In this document: piece after piece, positions 8,861 through 21,775 of the stretch | Numbering within the stretch: position 1 is the stretch's first letter | How the letters are laid out: the number at the start of each line of letters is the position of its first letter | Source: a virus | Length of the DNA stretch: 42,643 bases | Virus genome (UHGV): UHGV-1882081 | Strand: one strand, 5' to 3' | Position numbers and translations under genes: made by a program | The notes under the pieces: model-generated | Database searches by the model: none | The model's input: only the letters and a program-made list of their open reading frames with translations | What the model was told of the DNA's origin: nothing

Positions 8861-10131
8861 TACTGCCCTCCGAGATATTTGTTAATCAGGTCATCATCAG
8901 AAAGCTGCTGTTGAGACGGTTGTATGTCCTTCCCGTATTTCTGTTGCATACGTTTCTGAGCCATCTCAGTGGTTTTTATGATTGTTTTGATAGCTGCTCT
9001 GGCTGATTTTTCAGACTGATTTGGGGACAAACTACCAATAGCATCCATTACCTTTTGCCCCTCGGCATTACTTAAAGCCCCCATCCCTTTCATCTGCTGA
9101 ATGCCAGATAAGAATCCCTGAGATTTCAGTGTGTCAACCAGAGTTTCTGTATCAGCAGCCTCTGTTCCTGGAATGAATCTACTCGATAGTGGGTTTAGGT
9201 TTGTTCCGAAATATCCCGTGAAACCCGGGCTATTAAGAACTTTTGTAGCCGTCTCTATCGTTCTGGAAAGATTATCCATTCCAGAGTTGTACGCATCAGC
9301 CTTATCTCGCTTTGCCTGCTCCATAGCTTGCTGATTCTGCAATCTCTTGTCCTGCAATTCAGCAAGTTTTAAGGCATTAGTTTCATTTGCGATGAGTCTG
9401 TCGTATTTCTTGTCCTCTAATTCCATCCGACGAAGATTGACATTTTGTTGCGCAATATTGTTGCTTGCCCACCCTCTGGCATTTGTCATGTCATTATTAC
9501 GGATTGTTTCGTTAATTTTTTGCTGATCCTGCTGGCGACCAACCATCTTGTCCTGAACATTGAAGTAATCAATCGGACCAAGAGCAGCCATTCCAAGGTG
9601 ATCAACAAACTCACCAAATCCTGAAGGATTCTGCCGATACATCTGAGCAACGCTGTTAGGGTCAACACCGACGCGCGCCAGTGCCTTGGCGTTGTTTTGC
9701 AGCCATGATTGCATTGCTTCTGGAGACGAGGCCGCAAGGCGTGCGCCAGCCGCTAAGGTGCCGATAGAATTGCGCTGGTCTTCGTCTGCCCACTTCATAC
9801 CAGACTGAATCTTCTCTAATTGACGAGGATATTTGGTCATCAGATCTCGCACCTGCTGTCGATCACCTGACTGGATGGCTGCCGCATATTCTTTTTGGAA
9901 TGCAGCATCCGCTTCCTGTTGCTTTGCGGCTTTATATGTTTGAGCAACACTACCAAGTCCCTGCAATGCCTGAAGGCCGATGTTATTGCGACCTGAACGC
10001 TCCATTTCGTTGTTCTGGCGAATATAGGCCAACGCCTCACTTACATCACTTGCCTTTGGCGCATTTGAGTTTTGCCCACCGATACCAGCAAGAAAGCCGC
10101 CTGAGTTGATTCCTTGTTGCCAAGTAGCCAT
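8860..10131 (-). CDS. ejection protein, P22 gp20-like
   Basis: 423-aa ORF between the gp7-like and gp16-like genes; coiled-coil/Q-rich. Confidence 0.75.
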   Translation of the reverse strand: MATWQQGINSGGFLAGIGGQNSNAPKASDVSEALAYIRQNNEMERSGRNNIGLQALQGLGSVAQTYKAAKQQEADAAFQKEYAAAIQSGDRQQVRDLMTKYPRQLEKIQSGMKWADEDQRNSIGTLAAGARLAASSPEAMQSWLQNNAKALARVGVDPNSVAQMYRQNPSGFGEFVDHLGMAALGPIDYFNVQDKMVGRQQDQQKINETIRNNDMTNARGWASNNIAQQNVNLRRMELEDKKYDRLIANETNALKLAELQDKRLQNQQAMEQAKRDKADAYNSGMDNLSRTIETATKVLNSPGFTGYFGTNLNPLSSRFIPGTEAADTETLVDTLKSQGFLSGIQQMKGMGALSNAEGQKVMDAIGSLSPNQSEKSARAAIKTIIKTTEMAQKRMQQKYGKDIQPSQQQLSDDDLINKYLGGQ

Positions 10132-10140
10132 ATTCCCACC

Positions 10141-10815
10141 TTAAAACAATGATCCAAGACCACCGATAATACCGCCACCAATAGCGCCAACAGCTGTACC
10201 TATTCCAGGCACCACAGAGCCAATCATCGCCCCTGATGCCGCACCGCTCATGGCACCGCCCAAAGCTGATTGCAATCCTGATGGTCGGTTAGCATTCGCC
10301 GCAGATGCTGCCGCCTGCTGTTGATACAATTGGCTGACGTTGTTAGCGTAGTTCTGTCCGGCGTTTGCCTGACCTGTAAGAGCACCAAGGCCGATATTTG
10401 CCAGATTGTTGTAGTTGTTCATCTGACCTGACAGCCAGTTTTGACCGAGTGTAGGTGCGATTGCTGCCAGCTGGTTTCCGGTTGCTGTAGAGCCTAATCC
10501 ACCCGTTGCCTCTGCTGCTGCCAGACTCTGATAGCGCGCCTGACCAGCAAGGTCTTTGTACTGCTGAGAGTTGTAATACTGGTTAAGAGCCTGACCTTGC
10601 CCCTGAAGAGAGGAAAGATTTTGCAACTGTGATACGTACTGCTGAGCGAGTGGCGTGAACGGTGCAAGGTTCTGCATGTTCGTTTGCCACATTTCACGCT
10701 GCAATTCGATGCCCTTTTCAGTTGCGCGTGCCTGGGCTTTTGAACCGCCATCACTGCCACCTTTGCAGTAAACAGTTTTGCTGAGGTGCTTATTGGCAAT
10801 CTGGAAAATTAACAT
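10141..10815 (-). CDS. ejection protein, P22 gp7-like (start codon uncertain)
   Basis: 224-aa ORF, Gly/Ala/Gln-rich with hydrophobic C-terminus (P22 gp7 is 229 aa). Confidence 0.7.
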   Translation of the reverse strand: MLIFQIANKHLSKTVYCKGGSDGGSKAQARATEKGIELQREMWQTNMQNLAPFTPLAQQYVSQLQNLSSLQGQGQALNQYYNSQQYKDLAGQARYQSLAAAEATGGLGSTATGNQLAAIAPTLGQNWLSGQMNNYNNLANIGLGALTGQANAGQNYANNVSQLYQQQAAASAANANRPSGLQSALGGAMSGAASGAMIGSVVPGIGTAVGAIGGGIIGGLGSLF

Positions 10816-11272
10816 TCTTTAGCTCCTCGTATTTTGAGCGCGGTAACTGATAAATAGTGATGCCTACAGGCTTTCCATTGCTGGTATAAGCATCATCAAG
10901 GTGACCAACACGGGTAGCGCCAAGCAAACGGATAATTGCCCGTCCGTATTTCGTGGTGTCAGGAACCATGGTGATGCTGTTAAGGAATGGTGAGTTTTCG
11001 AGAAGCCATTTGCAGAATAATCGATGCCCTTGCAGTGCATATTCACCACGGAATCCGGGGTCGTACACCGCATGGCATTCAACAACGCTATGCCAGAAGT
11101 TACGCACTTCATGAACGCCAGCCAGCACTAATCCTTCGTAGATGCCGAGATATACCGCATCAGGCTTGATGTAGTATTTGTCTCCACTGTCTACGATATT
11201 TCCCGTGTTTGCCGGGTTGTTGAGGAATTCTGCAAGCTTCACCGGATTATCGATGAGCTTTATTTCCATCAC
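10790..11272 (-). CDS. P22 gp14-like virion protein
   Basis: 160-aa ORF at the conserved position between needle and gp7. Confidence 0.65.
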   Translation of the reverse strand: MMEIKLIDNPVKLAEFLNNPANTGNIVDSGDKYYIKPDAVYLGIYEGLVLAGVHEVRNFWHSVVECHAVYDPGFRGEYALQGHRLFCKWLLENSPFLNSITMVPDTTKYGRAIIRLLGATRVGHLDDAYTSNGKPVGITIYQLPRSKYEELKNVNFPDCQ

Positions 11273-12117
11273 TGCTCCGCAATGATTTTGATGGTTGTGG
11301 CAGTAAACGCCGCACCATTAGACTGAATGGTTAACGTGCTGCCATTTGTGGCAAGAAAGCCGTCTTTATCCACGCTGAAGAACGTAGCTAACAGGATGTT
11401 ATCGGTCGTTGTCGCCGCATTACGACTGCTTACCAGCGTGTCAGGGACAGAGCCGGAAAAGGTTAGCTGCATTGACCTGTTGGCGGTTCCGCTGGGCCAC
11501 GTCCCGACAATCGACAGCTTGAAGAACAAGGTTTTGTTCTCGTTGAACACAACCATCTTGTTGTTAACGGTGTCGAAGAATGGTGCCAACGTGCCGGATG
11601 ACGGCGTGAGCGTTTTCAGCAGGCTAACAAGGTTGGTCGGCGCTGTCGGGATGGTTACAGATACGCCAGAGTAAACAACCTCTGACTTCTTGCGAGTAGT
11701 GGCATACTCCAGAGCATCGATGCGCGTTTCATGGTCTGAAACCTGCGACTCCAGCGACTGAACTCTGGTATCAAGCGACGCAATATCGCTTTCATTCTGA
11801 GCTATTCGTGTTTCATGGTCCTGAAGAGTTGATTCTGCCTGACTGATTCGCTCCTCATGATTAACAAGCGTTGCTTCCGCTGCAGAAATTCGCTGCTCAT
11901 GGTCAGCGAGAATCACATCCTGCTCATCGTTCCTGACTTGTGCGTCATAAGCGCCCTGTCCGGCCTCGTTGGCCTTGTTCGCCACGTTACCAACATCAGT
12001 ACCCTGTGCGATAACGTAAAGCAGGTAAGACTGGCTGAATATATTGCGTGGAAGGATTGATGTATCGAGCCGCGTCGTCTGCATAATAACAGGGGTGTTG
12101 AGATTCGAATCAGCCAT
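11269..12117 (-). CDS. tail needle (P22 gp26-like) with Sf6-type C-terminal knob
   Basis: N-terminus [43 protein letters not shown]... matches P22 gp26; 282 aa (P22 is 233 aa), with a C-terminal non-coiled-coil domain. Confidence 0.85.
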   Translation of the reverse strand: MADSNLNTPVIMQTTRLDTSILPRNIFSQSYLLYVIAQGTDVGNVANKANEAGQGAYDAQVRNDEQDVILADHEQRISAAEATLVNHEERISQAESTLQDHETRIAQNESDIASLDTRVQSLESQVSDHETRIDALEYATTRKKSEVVYSGVSVTIPTAPTNLVSLLKTLTPSSGTLAPFFDTVNNKMVVFNENKTLFFKLSIVGTWPSGTANRSMQLTFSGSVPDTLVSSRNAATTTDNILLATFFSVDKDGFLATNGSTLTIQSNGAAFTATTIKIIAEQ

Positions 12118-13535
12118 TACTCAATCCTTATCTGGCAGCCTGACAGAGTGACAGGTGACTTCGTGATAACGCGCAATCTGAAGCCGACATTTTTCCTGAT
12201 GCGCCCGACACGCTTCCACAAAACGCGCTTGTCGTAAACGAACGGTTCATTCTGCTCAATCATCTGCTCACGTCCGTAATTGATGCCGTCAGTGGTTGCC
12301 GATAGGAACAGGCGGTCAGCGTACTGCGCAACGCCAGTTGAAGATTCAACTTCAAGGTCGAAAACTCTGGCGTTATCTGCTTTGAACAACGGAGTAAACA
12401 GCAGGTGTTCCTGCTGCTTGTCATACTGGCTGCTGATATCGAATTGCAGTTTCCCGGTCACGGATTCCAGCTTATCGCCGCACGTTATCTGATTGCCTTC
12501 GTAAATGAAGTCGATAGCGCGGTACACATCGTCATACAGGCCTGTTTTCAGTACACACCATTGCGGACCATTGGCGCTTGAAGATGCGTCGTAAACAAGA
12601 ACATGGCGCGGCAGGTGAATAATCAGCAACTCATGAGCATCAAACCGCAACGATTCCATCACGCCATCAGCCAGTTCATCAGCAGTGTAGGAGCGGAGGA
12701 TTTTCTCAATGCTCGCGCTGGCGATTGGTGATACCTGACCTGATCCGATGATGTATACAGACGGCGCACCCGTTGCCGGATTGCTGATAAACGCATACGA
12801 ATCAGCAAACGGCGTTTTGCAGTAAGTTCCGGCAATGCCTTTCTGCACCATCAGCGATGGCTGGGCGACATACAAAGCAGCACCAACGGTGGTTGCACCA
12901 GTCAGGGAAAAATACTCAATCGTCGATGAACCAAAGCAGACGATGAAGTCTCGCCATGTCCCGATACCGATGATGCCGTCCGGCTGCGATTCTGCGCGAT
13001 ATTGTGCGCTGTAACGGTCAGGATGCGATTCGTCTTCAAGGTCAGTGATAAACCATGAATCAGTACCGTCTTTTGACCACGCATAACGCCCACGTAAGCG
13101 TGTAATGTCGCGGACTGAACCTAACTCATACTGCGTAAATCCGCTGTCTGCAGGCCAGTTTGAGACGGTTTTAACCGTGCCATCATAGCGATACTCGACC
13201 AGTTGACCATTAACGCCTACCGCCTGAGATGTCCGACCATGCGCCATTGATACACGACCACTTCCGGCAACATCACCGACTTCACTTTCGCCCTTATACA
13301 ACTTGCCACCACACACGCGATAAACAGCACTCTGCGCCATGTTGTACTCGACGCCGCGAGATACACCGTTCACATCAGAACGTTTGGCAATGCCCGGGAA
13401 TGAGCGAAGATATCCGCTGCTGTTCAGGATTTCTTTGGGTGTAGCCAGCATATTCACTGGCAGATAGTCGATATAGTCGGCGTTTCGAAAGTCTTTGCCG
13501 ACACCTTTCATAAGCGGAAGTTGCTGAATCGGCAT
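12117..13535 (-). CDS. tail hub/adaptor protein, P22 gp10-like
   Basis: 472-aa ORF, same length and position as P22 gp10. Confidence 0.8.
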   Translation of the reverse strand: MPIQQLPLMKGVGKDFRNADYIDYLPVNMLATPKEILNSSGYLRSFPGIAKRSDVNGVSRGVEYNMAQSAVYRVCGGKLYKGESEVGDVAGSGRVSMAHGRTSQAVGVNGQLVEYRYDGTVKTVSNWPADSGFTQYELGSVRDITRLRGRYAWSKDGTDSWFITDLEDESHPDRYSAQYRAESQPDGIIGIGTWRDFIVCFGSSTIEYFSLTGATTVGAALYVAQPSLMVQKGIAGTYCKTPFADSYAFISNPATGAPSVYIIGSGQVSPIASASIEKILRSYTADELADGVMESLRFDAHELLIIHLPRHVLVYDASSSANGPQWCVLKTGLYDDVYRAIDFIYEGNQITCGDKLESVTGKLQFDISSQYDKQQEHLLFTPLFKADNARVFDLEVESSTGVAQYADRLFLSATTDGINYGREQMIEQNEPFVYDKRVLWKRVGRIRKNVGFRLRVITKSPVTLSGCQIRIE

Positions 13536-14013
13536 TTATTCGCTCCCGTTATCGCAAGGTTCCTTCCGGTGGAAGTAATTCCAACCGTTCCACTTCGCCA
13601 ACTGGTTACCACTACCAACAGGCATACGGTTTGGATAACCGGACTTACATTTAGCGGCTTTTGCTCTGTCCATTGCAGACAGTTTGACGAGTCGCTCTTT
13701 CCCGTATCTGGCAGTGGTTATAAGTTTTGCTGGCGCTTCCAGCGCATAATCTGGAGCAATGCGGCAGGCAAGGTTGAAAATGACGGCATTTATAGCGTTA
13801 TTTGATAAGCCGTGCTCATCGCCAGGATCCGGAGCAACATCTGCATCAGCAAAAATGTAGCCAACGTTGATACCAGGTGACGCATCACCGCCAAGCCATT
13901 CAGCCATCATCATTTCAAGGTCGTTGACGCCGTCTTCCATAGACTGCGGTTCGACATCGGTTAACGTGGCATTTGATGCAACACCGAGCTTACGTAATGC
14001 TGCAAGGACTAAA

Positions 14014-14036
<23 letters not shown>
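13536..14036 (-). CDS. head-tail adaptor, P22 gp4-like (start at internal Met of the 197-aa ORF)
   Basis: [33 protein letters not shown]... matches P22 gp4 from MQIKTKGDLV; the upstream 31 codons of the ORF-track ORF are read-through of the repeat region. Confidence 0.8.
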
Positions 14037-14268
<232 letters not shown>

Positions 14269-14281
14269 GCTTGTCTCCAGA

Positions 14282-14304
14282 TAAAAAAGGGAGCCGAAGC
14301 TCCC
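14282..14304 (-). terminator. rho-independent terminator/attenuator just downstream of the coat gene
   Basis: Minus-strand hairpin gggagc-ttcg-gctccc followed by ttttttat. Confidence 0.65.
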
Positions 14305-14312
14305 TATGGTTA

Positions 14313-15608
14313 TCACGCGGTCTGGTTAGGCAGACCAACACCAATTGCCTCTGGTCGTACAGCACATGCTGAATACCACACAGCAATACGGCACTTACCA
14401 GACAGAGTGTTGATATCACCCTGCGTTGCGAAGATGCCGTTAACACCAATGCCAGGAATGCTGAAGGAAGACGTTTTCATGCCAGCAAACAGTTCATGGG
14501 TTACCGGGATAGGCTGAGACAGCAGTCGGATTGAGTCATCAGCCCAGAACACGTTAGCGGTGGTTGTTGCCACGTTCAGAACGTTTACCGGAGTGGTATC
14601 AGCAAGAGAGGTGTTTACGTTAGCGTAAGCCTTCTCTTCTTTTGTCAGTGACGCGTCATCCAGCGCAATCGGCTTCGGCGTGATTTCGATGTGAGTACCA
14701 TCGATCACACGGGTGATTGAGAAAGTAGCATCATCAGTCAGCACGTTCTTCGCCATCTGAGACAGGAATTTCACACCAGTGAAGCTGATTTTGTCGCCGC
14801 GCTTAAACCCGGTGGTGGAGGATACGGTCACCGTTGCAACACGGTTGTCGACGTTCTCTTTGTTACCATCGGTATCAAGGGTGTATGCCTGCGGCTTAAA
14901 CTTCTGCGCACCAGAAACAGTTACACCAGTAGCGGTTGACTTGGTAACTGCCGGAAGTTTCGGTGAGCGAAGAATTTCATCAAAGCCAGCAATCTGACGC
15001 TGAATAGTACCGTTGCGATACGTGTCTTCAGGAACGCGACCAAAGATGTCACCATCTACCAGGTTGCGGCCTGCTTTGCGGTAATCGTCAGGGTTCAGGA
15101 AGTAACTGATGCCCATGTCGCGGTTGAGTTCGCGGGAGAACATCAGGCGCTCTGCATCAGACACAAAATCCCAGCCAGACAGGCCAGTAGATGGACCAAT
15201 TGCGCGGGTATCGTGAACAACAAGTGAGCCCATTTCAGTTGCCTGTTTGGCAATCGCTGACTCAATGTTATTCGCCAGTTTTTTGGCAGATGCCTGGATG
15301 CGGCGACGGTAAGAACGCTCATCACGCAGGTCATCTGCACGAAGCTCGAAGAAATCGTTATCCGGATCGCCCATGTTGCATTTCACGGAGAGTTCCAGAA
15401 TCCCGGTTGCGTTGCCAGTTAAATCCCAGCCAGTCTGGGTTGGCGCTTCCTGCTCAACAGGCATCCACACGGTGTTGCTTGAACGCTGCATGGATTCTGC
15501 CGGAGGGGTGTATTTTGTCACTTTGGACGCCATTGGCGTCAGGTTCTGGACGGTTTCGATGATTTCATCCAGAGCATACGTGACCAGTTGACCTTCATTT
15601 AATGCCAT
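14313..15608 (-). CDS. major capsid (coat) protein, P22 gp5-like
   Basis: 431-aa [57 protein letters not shown]... collinear with P22 coat (430 aa). Confidence 0.9.
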   Translation of the reverse strand: MALNEGQLVTYALDEIIETVQNLTPMASKVTKYTPPAESMQRSSNTVWMPVEQEAPTQTGWDLTGNATGILELSVKCNMGDPDNDFFELRADDLRDERSYRRRIQASAKKLANNIESAIAKQATEMGSLVVHDTRAIGPSTGLSGWDFVSDAERLMFSRELNRDMGISYFLNPDDYRKAGRNLVDGDIFGRVPEDTYRNGTIQRQIAGFDEILRSPKLPAVTKSTATGVTVSGAQKFKPQAYTLDTDGNKENVDNRVATVTVSSTTGFKRGDKISFTGVKFLSQMAKNVLTDDATFSITRVIDGTHIEITPKPIALDDASLTKEEKAYANVNTSLADTTPVNVLNVATTTANVFWADDSIRLLSQPIPVTHELFAGMKTSSFSIPGIGVNGIFATQGDINTLSGKCRIAVWYSACAVRPEAIGVGLPNQTA

Positions 15609-16519
15609 TATCGAATTCCTTTATTCAGTTGCGCCTTGAGCTTGCGGTATGTCTCTACATCCCCTTTGTTTGCTGCCGCTTCCATCTGCTTTTCAATCGC
15701 AGATATATTTGCAGCAACAGCGTGTCCCTGAATGGGTTCATCAGGTAGCGGGGCTTCTGAAACAGGTTTGGCTCGAGGCTTGAGAGTTAAACGTTCTGAC
15801 AGTCGAGTGAGTTCAATCAACGCGGATTGCCCGTCCATCGCCAGCAACTGGCGTGTTTTTTCAGGATTAGCACCAAGGTGATACATGAGAGCAGCGGATT
15901 TCTCCGGGAAGAGGCGCATGATGTCGGCACCGACTGCTGGCGGCACCAGTTGCATGAATACATCCTCTTTCTCCTGATAGTCAGGGATATTGAGCTTTTC
16001 CGCTGCGTCGTAGTGCTTACGGGCTGCCTCGACGTATTGCGCTGATTGCTGGGTGAACTCCTGAGTTTTTCGCCCCTGCTCGGCGACAGCCTGGCTTCGT
16101 GCGTCCATAGCCTTGATCTGCCATTCACTGTTTGCCTGCTGGAAGGCAGCCAGTGCGCGGCTCTGGTCATAGTCGTACTTAGCCAGTGCGTCTTCGGAAA
16201 GATAATCGTTAGGGTCTGGTTGTTTTGGTAACTCAGGGTTCACCCGCAGGTGCTCCGGCAACTCTCCACGCTTAACCGCTTCCATCTGCTGCTCAAGCTC
16301 ACGCTGGCGTTTGCGTTCGATGCGGCGACGGGCAAATTCAGCATTAGTTGCCGGGTCTTGTTTTGGTTTCTCATCGTCTTTCAGGACAATCTCAAAGCCT
16401 TCTTCCTGACCTGCGTTGTCGTTGGCATTATCGACAACTAAGCCATCAGCAGATGCCGCTGCATGATTGCCGGGCAGGGTTAATTCTTCAGAAGCCTGAA
16501 TGTCGGTGGTTTGTTCCAT
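15608..16519 (-). CDS. scaffolding protein, P22 gp8-like
   Basis: 303-aa [59 protein letters not shown]... matches P22 gp8 (303 aa). Confidence 0.9.
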   Translation of the reverse strand: MEQTTDIQASEELTLPGNHAAASADGLVVDNANDNAGQEEGFEIVLKDDEKPKQDPATNAEFARRRIERKRQRELEQQMEAVKRGELPEHLRVNPELPKQPDPNDYLSEDALAKYDYDQSRALAAFQQANSEWQIKAMDARSQAVAEQGRKTQEFTQQSAQYVEAARKHYDAAEKLNIPDYQEKEDVFMQLVPPAVGADIMRLFPEKSAALMYHLGANPEKTRQLLAMDGQSALIELTRLSERLTLKPRAKPVSEAPLPDEPIQGHAVAANISAIEKQMEAAANKGDVETYRKLKAQLNKGIR

Positions 16520-16532
16520 GATTAACTCTCTC

Positions 16533-18698
16533 TTATTGAGGTGTCTCGGCTACTCCGCCGGAGGGGATTTGAACTTGACGCATAAGATTCGCGAAATCCA
16601 TGCGTTGTGAATGAGTCTGGTCTGCATCTTTAAGAAGCAGCTCAGCGTTAGCACGAGCATCTTTGCTGCGCTGTTGCTGGAATTGACCTACGAGCTTGAG
16701 GTACTCACGCAGTTCTGCCTGCTTGTCGAGGTCCATATTGTTGAAGATTTCTGCAATCTTCGCGGCGTTGAGTTGGTTTTGGGCTTCAACCTTGGCGGCT
16801 TCAACCTGAATCTGCGCCTGTTGGTTCTCTGCCTTGAGCAATTCAGCCTGACCTTGCAGAAGGATACCCTGCGCCTGAATTTGCTCTGCTGATGGCTGCT
16901 GCGGCTGCTGTTGAGCCTGCTGTACCATCTCCATCTCTTCAGGTGTTTCTGGTTTCTTCAGCCCCATCATCACCAGTTGCTTGTTCGCGTACTCTCGCAT
17001 CATCTCGACGCCTTTACCGTCAAGCAGCGTGAAGTATTGCAGCATCAGCATCTGGAACTCTGGAGTACCTTGTGGAACCTTGGTGAGTAACTCCTGAATC
17101 TCTGCGCGGTTCTGTTCCTTCATACTCTGGAAGGATGGTCCAACGTCTGTATAGCACTCATAGCGACCGCGAATGTCGTTGAGTGTGACCACATTACCGG
17201 ACTGGTAATCGACAACTTGCGCGTAGAGTTGAACGTCTTTCTCGCTACCATCTTCAAGTGTCAGCGTTACATGACGAGGAACGTCATAAATATCGTTGAC
17301 CATTGAGGCATAAATCTCGCCATCACGTCGCATTGCGGTAGCCAGGTTATCCTGAAACACGTATGTCTCAAGGTCTGCCCGCATGTTCAGTTGATTGACG
17401 GTATCAAAAGCGACCTGAGAGTTTGCTGCCTGCGCATCCACGCCAAGACTAGCCACCTCTTTTACTGCGTTGGTGGCAGCCTCAAGCATGTAAGCGTTGG
17501 CTTGCGGCACTTCAGGGTTTTCCATGTAGGATATTGGACCAATCGGCAGGTCGTTGCCGTTTTCATCGGTCTTGTTCTGCAAATAGTACGGATAGTCATC
17601 ATTTCCACCGTACATGTATTCGTAGCCTTCGATTTGCTCAGGGAAGAAGGTCGGTTTCTTCTTCGGTGAGCGAGCAACAATATCGGCGTTGAATGACATG
17701 ATCATGTTACGAAGGCGTTGACCGTCTTTCGTCAGCCTTACCACTCCTTCGTAGCACTCCTTGTCACCAGCGAATGACCATTCGCCATACACTGGAACGA
17801 TTGGAATATGCTCTCCGGCTATCTTCTCGCGGTCTTTCAGTATCTGCGTGCAGGTGATGATCGACTTATACACACGCCGACGCTTCACCTTGCGCTCTGC
17901 TACCTTAATGAATCCACGATTAGCCAGGTCGTCGATGACGTCTTTGATATCCTGCTGGTAATAGCTGACCGGCTCACCTGTCAGCGGGTCGCGGTAGATG
18001 AAGACTTTCTCCTTCTTCTCTTCTACCTCGTAATACTCAGCGACGTAGACGACATCATTCGATACCCACGGAAACAGCCATGTGTCGTTCGGATTCTGGA
18101 AAGATGGCAGGGTGTCAGGATCAATACCGTAATCCTCTGCGAACTCTTTCCAGCCATTGCGTGACAAAGCGTTAATCACCGTGCAGTGCTTAGCGTCGCT
18201 CTTATCCATCTGCTTGCTGTTGGCGTCCCATATGACGTGTGAGCAGGCTTCATGGATTGGAAGGCGTCGGATTACCTGATTGTTGCTTGTTGGGTCGTTG
18301 TCTTCGTACTGCGTGACCAGACGCCATGCACCAACGCCGGACTCTATCTGCTCACGAACGCCAACGTTAACGGCAATCTTTGCCGTGTTATGGCGCATAT
18401 CAGTACGATACATCCCCATCAACACATCGGCTGCATCAGGATTAGCGCCGTCTTTGGGTCGGAAGAGAACGTCGATAGGGTTCCGGCGCATCTCTGCGAC
18501 CAGTTTCCTGACCACCGGGCGAACAACATCGAATTGTCCGCGATATTGCAGGGTAGTGTAGTTTGATAGCCAGTCATCCCATTGCGACACTCGGCTAAAA
18601 TACAGGTCATTTGTCGCCTCGGTTCTGGCTTCATCGCTCGCCATCCAGTCCGCGTCAAACTTACACAGAATGGAATTGAGTCTGTTTTCGTCGGCCAT
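16533..18698 (-). CDS. portal protein, P22 gp1-like
   Basis: 721-aa [48 protein letters not shown]... collinear with P22 portal. Confidence 0.9.
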   Translation of the reverse strand: MADENRLNSILCKFDADWMASDEARTEATNDLYFSRVSQWDDWLSNYTTLQYRGQFDVVRPVVRKLVAEMRRNPIDVLFRPKDGANPDAADVLMGMYRTDMRHNTAKIAVNVGVREQIESGVGAWRLVTQYEDNDPTSNNQVIRRLPIHEACSHVIWDANSKQMDKSDAKHCTVINALSRNGWKEFAEDYGIDPDTLPSFQNPNDTWLFPWVSNDVVYVAEYYEVEEKKEKVFIYRDPLTGEPVSYYQQDIKDVIDDLANRGFIKVAERKVKRRRVYKSIITCTQILKDREKIAGEHIPIVPVYGEWSFAGDKECYEGVVRLTKDGQRLRNMIMSFNADIVARSPKKKPTFFPEQIEGYEYMYGGNDDYPYYLQNKTDENGNDLPIGPISYMENPEVPQANAYMLEAATNAVKEVASLGVDAQAANSQVAFDTVNQLNMRADLETYVFQDNLATAMRRDGEIYASMVNDIYDVPRHVTLTLEDGSEKDVQLYAQVVDYQSGNVVTLNDIRGRYECYTDVGPSFQSMKEQNRAEIQELLTKVPQGTPEFQMLMLQYFTLLDGKGVEMMREYANKQLVMMGLKKPETPEEMEMVQQAQQQPQQPSAEQIQAQGILLQGQAELLKAENQQAQIQVEAAKVEAQNQLNAAKIAEIFNNMDLDKQAELREYLKLVGQFQQQRSKDARANAELLLKDADQTHSQRMDFANLMRQVQIPSGGVAETPQ

Positions 18699-20198
18699 TT
18701 AAGTTCTCCGTGCGATGGGCCTGATTGGGGCTGGTATCTTTTTCTCTTTTGGTTTTTTGATGTCGCGCATCATTTTGGCGAAGCGGCGCATCATGTATGC
18801 ATAGCGAACGGCTGAGAGAACGTCGTCGTTAAGCTTGACGATTTTCCCATTTTCATCACGGTGATAGAGGCGGAACTCCTCAAAGAATGGCTCACAGGTG
18901 TTGAATACTTTGAAGCGACCATCGAGCATCATGTCGCGCAATTCAGTGATGCCAGGCTCCACAGCGTTACCGCCATCAGGCCATGTCGCATGCTCCTGCA
19001 ACATCATAAAACCAGCGTCGGCATACTGCCCTTTGAGCTGCTCACCGCCGCCCTTCTCATGCTGGTTTCCGTCATGAGGCCATGCGGTTGGCACTTTATG
19101 CGCCCATGATTTAACGGCTCCCCATGCCTGAACGGCTGTTTTTTCTTTCGCCTTCCACACGCGTGAAACGTAGATTGTGTCTGCGTCCTTATCCCACCAA
19201 AGCTGAACCTGCGCCTGTGGGTGATCCCATCCGAAATCCATCCCGCCAATTACGTAGAAGTGATCAGGACACTCGAACGGCTGACACTTAATCGTCTCTT
19301 CCGGTATCTGGAAGATTCGCCCGCTACCCATCGTAGGAATACCGCGAGCACGCGCCTCTCTCTCATGCTCGGGATAGGATGCGATGATTTGCTCTTTCTG
19401 TTCGTCTGTGTAGTGCTCAGCGTCATAGATGGTCATGTTGACCACTTTCTGCGACTTGCTGGGATTCTTCAGGAACTTGGTAACAACGTCAGACATCCCC
19501 ATCAGCGGGGTAAACGTCAGAATTGAGAATTGCCCGTATTTGTTGGTACGGGTAAGGCCTTCACCATAAATGCTGTATGGTGGTTCTTCGTCAAACCACA
19601 CGCCGTGGATTGTGTCACCCTGCCAGCGAGCACGGCCTTGCGAGTATGGTTTGAAGTAGCAGATTGAAATTCCATCTTCAACGCCATCAGCCGTGTGATG
19701 CTTAACCAGAAGATGATCAACAAGGTTCGGAAAGAAAGGAGACTTCTTCCAGCTAATGATGTCTTCTTTCGGTATGGAACCGTAGCCAGGCTCATCATTC
19801 TCTTCGATACGACCGCACAGGATGCGTTGAGTCGTTTTGGTTACCGTCTCGTTTGTCTCGCCGCCAATCCAGAAGACAACAGGCTCATAGAAACGCTTAC
19901 CTTTCCACTCACCGCCATATTTACCATCAGCAGGATAGCCTTTTGTGCCCGGGTAACGCCCGGTAAGGTGAAACGCGACTTCAGCAGCACCAGTAAATGA
20001 CTTACCAAGCTGGTTACCAGCCATAAAACATCGCTCTGGATAGTCATGCCCGGCGTCGATGAACTCACGCTGTTTGCTGTATGGCGTAAATTCATATAGC
20101 AGGTGTGTGTTCCGGTAGTTCTCTTCTTCTTCGAGTAGCTCGAGCAATTCGATTTGCTCTTCGTCGCTCAGGTTATCAAGAATCGCGTCCAGTTCCAC
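18699..20198 (-). CDS. terL: terminase large subunit, P22 gp2-like
   Basis: 499-aa [40 protein letters not shown]...; same length as P22 gp2. Confidence 0.9.
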   Translation of the reverse strand: MELDAILDNLSDEEQIELLELLEEEENYRNTHLLYEFTPYSKQREFIDAGHDYPERCFMAGNQLGKSFTGAAEVAFHLTGRYPGTKGYPADGKYGGEWKGKRFYEPVVFWIGGETNETVTKTTQRILCGRIEENDEPGYGSIPKEDIISWKKSPFFPNLVDHLLVKHHTADGVEDGISICYFKPYSQGRARWQGDTIHGVWFDEEPPYSIYGEGLTRTNKYGQFSILTFTPLMGMSDVVTKFLKNPSKSQKVVNMTIYDAEHYTDEQKEQIIASYPEHEREARARGIPTMGSGRIFQIPEETIKCQPFECPDHFYVIGGMDFGWDHPQAQVQLWWDKDADTIYVSRVWKAKEKTAVQAWGAVKSWAHKVPTAWPHDGNQHEKGGGEQLKGQYADAGFMMLQEHATWPDGGNAVEPGITELRDMMLDGRFKVFNTCEPFFEEFRLYHRDENGKIVKLNDDVLSAVRYAYMMRRFAKMMRDIKKPKEKKIPAPIRPIARRT

Positions 20199-20664
20199 GG
20201 TTGAATAGCTCCTTGATACGAGAGCGTCGCTTATCGCGATCTCCCTTATCAGGTGTCACGTCTTCAACTTGCGACTGCTCTTTGAGGCCCAAATCACGGG
20301 CGATGATGTTAGCGTTGAGAAGGTCAGCGGCTGCGCCAGAGAATTTCTGGTCGTAGATGATGTCTTCCGCTCGTGATGTGACGTCAGAAAAACCTTCCAT
20401 TGACCGGAAGGTTCCCCATGTTTGCCTGGTGATATCAAGGAAGGTACACAATCCTGAAATAGTCATGGCTCGCATCTTAGGGACATTAGCCTTAATTATT
20501 TCTCCCTGATATGAAAATACCTTACCCTCCCATAGCGGGTTATCATCAGCCCACTCGAAGTATTCACAACAAGCAGCCCACAGCGCCTCAGGCGATTCGA
20601 ATTTAGGGTTTCGCCCATGACTACTGCGGGCCTCCCAGAATCGGTTGCCCTTTGGTGCTGCCAT
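20176..20664 (-). CDS. terS: terminase small subunit, P22 gp3-like (start at second Met)
   Basis: [40 protein letters not shown]... and C-terminus ...[24 protein letters not shown] match P22 gp3; central segment diverges. Confidence 0.9.
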   Translation of the reverse strand: MAAPKGNRFWEARSSHGRNPKFESPEALWAACCEYFEWADDNPLWEGKVFSYQGEIIKANVPKMRAMTISGLCTFLDITRQTWGTFRSMEGFSDVTSRAEDIIYDQKFSGAAADLLNANIIARDLGLKEQSQVEDVTPDKGDRDKRRSRIKELFNRGTGRDS

Positions 20665-20687
20665 ATTCATCTCACTTAATTGTCATT

Positions 20688-20867
20688 TCAGGCTGAGGAC
20701 TCTTTCGCGCCTTCAATCAGTGACTGCTTCAGTAATTCGAGTGTACCAATCGCCTCGCATAAACTGATTTCACCATCGTAATCATGGATGACGCTTTCAA
20801 GCCGCTCGTATAGCTCTTGAGTAATTGGGAATTTCTTCTCCTTACCCAAATTGATTACGCGGCTCAC
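20688..20867 (-). CDS. possible small ORF (about 59 aa, GTG or TTG start) between orf80-like gene and terS
   Basis: Open frame ...LGKEKKFPITQELYERLESVIHDYDGEISLCEAIGTLELLKQSLIEGAKESSA; no ATG start; not in ORF track. Confidence 0.3.
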   Translation of the reverse strand: MSRVINLGKEKKFPITQELYERLESVIHDYDGEISLCEAIGTLELLKQSLIEGAKESSA

Positions 20868-20868
20868 A

Positions 20869-21111
20869 TCATGCTCCGGTAGTGAACAGGTCTAACGCTT
20901 CCTTCGATTTACGCACCGCTTCGATAGTTCTGGTCGTGATATCTGAATTAGCGCCGCCTGACTGGAAGTGAATTTTGAATAGCTCAAGCTTCAGCTCGTC
21001 AGTACCAATGAATTGAAATGCTTCTTCTGCGGCTGCGTTCTGGTTCATGACCAGTTTGTAAATCTCTAACTGGAATTTCTGTTCTTCAGTCATGGGAATA
21101 ATCTCTGCCAT
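20869..21111 (-). CDS. hypothetical small protein upstream of terS
   Basis: 80-aa ORF MAEIIPMTEEQKFQLEIYKLVMNQNAAAEEAFQFIGTDELKLELFKIHFQ...; P22 has a small ORF at the equivalent position. Confidence 0.55.
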   Translation of the reverse strand: MAEIIPMTEEQKFQLEIYKLVMNQNAAAEEAFQFIGTDELKLELFKIHFQSGGANSDITTRTIEAVRKSKEALDLFTTGA

Positions 21112-21464
21112 TGTTGGCTCCGTTTATCCGTTAAAAGGGATATCATTTAAGTTATCCCGTGTAGGGTATAAGCCATTGTCGAGACCACTCATTGAATGGT
21201 CTCTGCAATAACCGATGTCTTTCCATCAGTCCGCCACCACAAAGAATCTTTTTTGCCATAAGGCAGGAGGTTCATCTTTCAGTGGCTGCCAGTGTTATTT
21301 CCCCACTTACTGGCTTGGGTTGTTTCGCTGTACTGCCGTTAACTGGTGGCGCACAGATTTAGTTAAATCCGTTCTCGCCTGAACTATCTTTTACATACCC
21401 GGATTGTGGGGATGTAAATCACGGTTTCATTATCAAGCCCACCCGTAGATGGGCTTTGTAATGA

Positions 21465-21740
21465 CTACAGTAACGGACTGCACAATGCGCCTGTATTTCG
21501 AGGATGACGTCCAAATACGTTAATCTTCTCGCGAACGCTCTCACTACACATTCGCTCTACAATTCGCCAAACAGCCTTTTCAGGTAAAAATTTCGGCGCT
21601 AGTGCTAAAATAGCACGCCACAGACCCCGACTAAGCGAGCACGCTGTGCTACCGAAACTAAAGATGGCGAACGAAATAGACGTGATAAACGCCCAGCAAC
21701 CAGAGAGAAAAGTTGAGATGCGGTGATAAAGCTTAGTCAT
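21465..21740 (-). CDS. hypothetical protein downstream of the lysis cassette
   Basis: 91-aa ORF with hydrophobic N-terminus; no recognisable homolog; coding status uncertain. Confidence 0.3.
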   Translation of the reverse strand: MTKLYHRISTFLSGCWAFITSISFAIFSFGSTACSLSRGLWRAILALAPKFLPEKAVWRIVERMCSESVREKINVFGRHPRNTGALCSPLL

Positions 21741-21775
21741 GTATTGCTCCTGTTTTTTTGGTTTTCATCGCCCGA

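Noticed and set aside
21112-21464. Possible tRNA gene in the noncoding block after the lysis cassette
   Set aside because: Hairpins are present but I could not find a T-loop (GTTCGAATC-like) or a cloverleaf arrangement on either strand; left as unexplained noncoding sequence.
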